A stretch of DNA of 43,209 bases from positions 3,655-46,863 of the forward strand of contig CAZGZA010000003.1 of assembly GCA_964529655.1 (NCBI GenBank). The letters are read 5' to 3'. Source of the stretch: an uncultured Methanosarcinales archaeon (GTDB taxonomy: Archaea; Nanobdellota; Nanobdellia; Woesearchaeales; JAGWAF01). Both the position numbers and the translations under genes were made by a program. Within the stretch, counting starts at the first letter, position 1, and every line of letters starts with the position of its first letter. Under the pieces are notes generated by a model that worked only from the letters and a program-made list of their open reading frames with translations, did not search any database and had not been told where the DNA came from. Positions 42,411 through 43,209 of the stretch are shown in pieces.

Positions 42411-43209
42411 TTAAAAGGACATTATTTTGATTGCACGCGTCTGCAGATTTACAATCGGCACTTTGCATGGTTCAGGGTTGAGACCTACTCTTTCCTGGAA
42501 GCTTGTTTTTGACTGCCAGCAGCTTCCGCTTATTAAGGTAACATTCCTGTATGTTGAAACGCTCGTTTTATGTATGTGGCCTGTCACGAAGAAATCAGGG
42601 ACATTTTCAATGACAAGCGGGTCATCATCTCCAGGCACATAAAGTGATGACGAATGCGTAGGCGCCAGATGCCTTCTTTGCAGCAGAAATTTCATGATAA
42701 GGTCTGCCCTGTCATATCCGCCTTGCAAACGAATTGACTCTATGTTTGCTATATAATAATCAAAGCTATAGCCATGATACATTAGGATATCAAAGCCAGG
42801 GAAGTTAGCAGATGAATGAATATTAATAAGCGCAGGGTTGCTGACAGATATAAGATTTTTTATTTCAAAAAGCGGCCCGGCGATTTCCTTAAGCAGCGGG
42901 GGCTGGGGTTCACATATTCTTACAGCATCGTGATTGCCCGGGCATACAATAATAGTAATATTTTTTGGAATCTGGGCTAGCAGCTCAGCGCATTTTTTGT
43001 ATTGAAGATAAATATCCTGTATTTGTAGATCTTTATCCTGATCAGGGTAGATACCCACACCATCAACTAGGTCTCCAATCACAAAAATGTAGCTAACCAT
43101 AGCGGCAATATCACGCTGGGCTTGGCTGCCAAGCTCACCATTTATCCATTTTATGAAACGGAGAAATTTTTCCTCTAAAAAATTGTTTGAGCCTACATGG
43201 AGATCAGAC
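42411..43209 (-). CDS. DNA polymerase D small subunit DP1, C-terminal phosphoesterase domain (5' end outside window)
   Basis: The frame stays open to the window edge (SDLHVGSNNFLEEKFLRFIKWING...). Calcineurin-like motifs GDLVDGVGIYP, CPGNHDA and VTGHIH. Confidence 0.9.
   Translation of the reverse strand, partial: SDLHVGSNNFLEEKFLRFIKWINGELGSQAQRDIAAMVSYIFVIGDLVDGVGIYPDQDKDLQIQDIYLQYKKCAELLAQIPKNITIIVCPGNHDAVRICEPQPPLLKEIAGPLFEIKNLISVSNPALINIHSSANFPGFDILMYHGYSFDYYIANIESIRLQGGYDRADLIMKFLLQRRHLAPTHSSSLYVPGDDDPLVIENVPDFFVTGHIHKTSVSTYRNVTLISGSCWQSKTSFQERVGLNPEPCKVPIVNLQTRAIKIMSF

Overview
All family calls come from reading motifs by eye; I ran no searches or folding programs. This is a compact archaeal chromosomal segment of roughly 40% GC by eye. 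The gene content and a fused PriS-PriL primase suggest a DPANN-type archaeon, which is inference. The backbone is informational. It starts with the LeuRS 3' end, a TraB-family gene, an M50-like membrane protein, Hef helicase/nuclease, a P-loop NTPase and P5C dehydrogenase. HtpX, a small Toprim protein and the fused primase follow. Next is a 24-gene ribosomal protein/SUI1 cluster (L3 to L15), then SecY, a DUF106/YidC-like protein and TrkH/TrkA. On the minus strand are MCM, TBP, a putative secreted/surface gene set, a Fic protein and a SpoIIM-like protein. The window ends with aIF2-beta, DUF424 and a PolD DP1-DP2 operon coupled to an RPA32-like OB/wH protein.

I saw no tRNA, rRNA or CRISPR array. 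The non-coding findings are:
- A likely SRP (7S) RNA gene on the minus strand at 886-1159, hidden under a spurious ORF.
- A second copy of that gene's promoter plus its first 45 nt, 165 bp upstream.
- An ~88-bp double-hairpin repeat. One copy exactly fills the L23-L2 spacer inside the ribosomal operon and another abuts the P5CDH stop codon.
- A densely nested palindromic element (8898-9035) in a 438-bp convergent gap, sharing the AAATCGC/GCGATTT arms of that repeat.
- Several unusually long perfect hairpins in other intergenic spacers.

Two stretches look lower in GC and accessory. One is 7507-10415, with an integrase-like fragment, an EamA transporter and a three-gene operon of two small wHTH-type genes and a mini-nuclease. 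The other is the Fic gene at 34899-36248.
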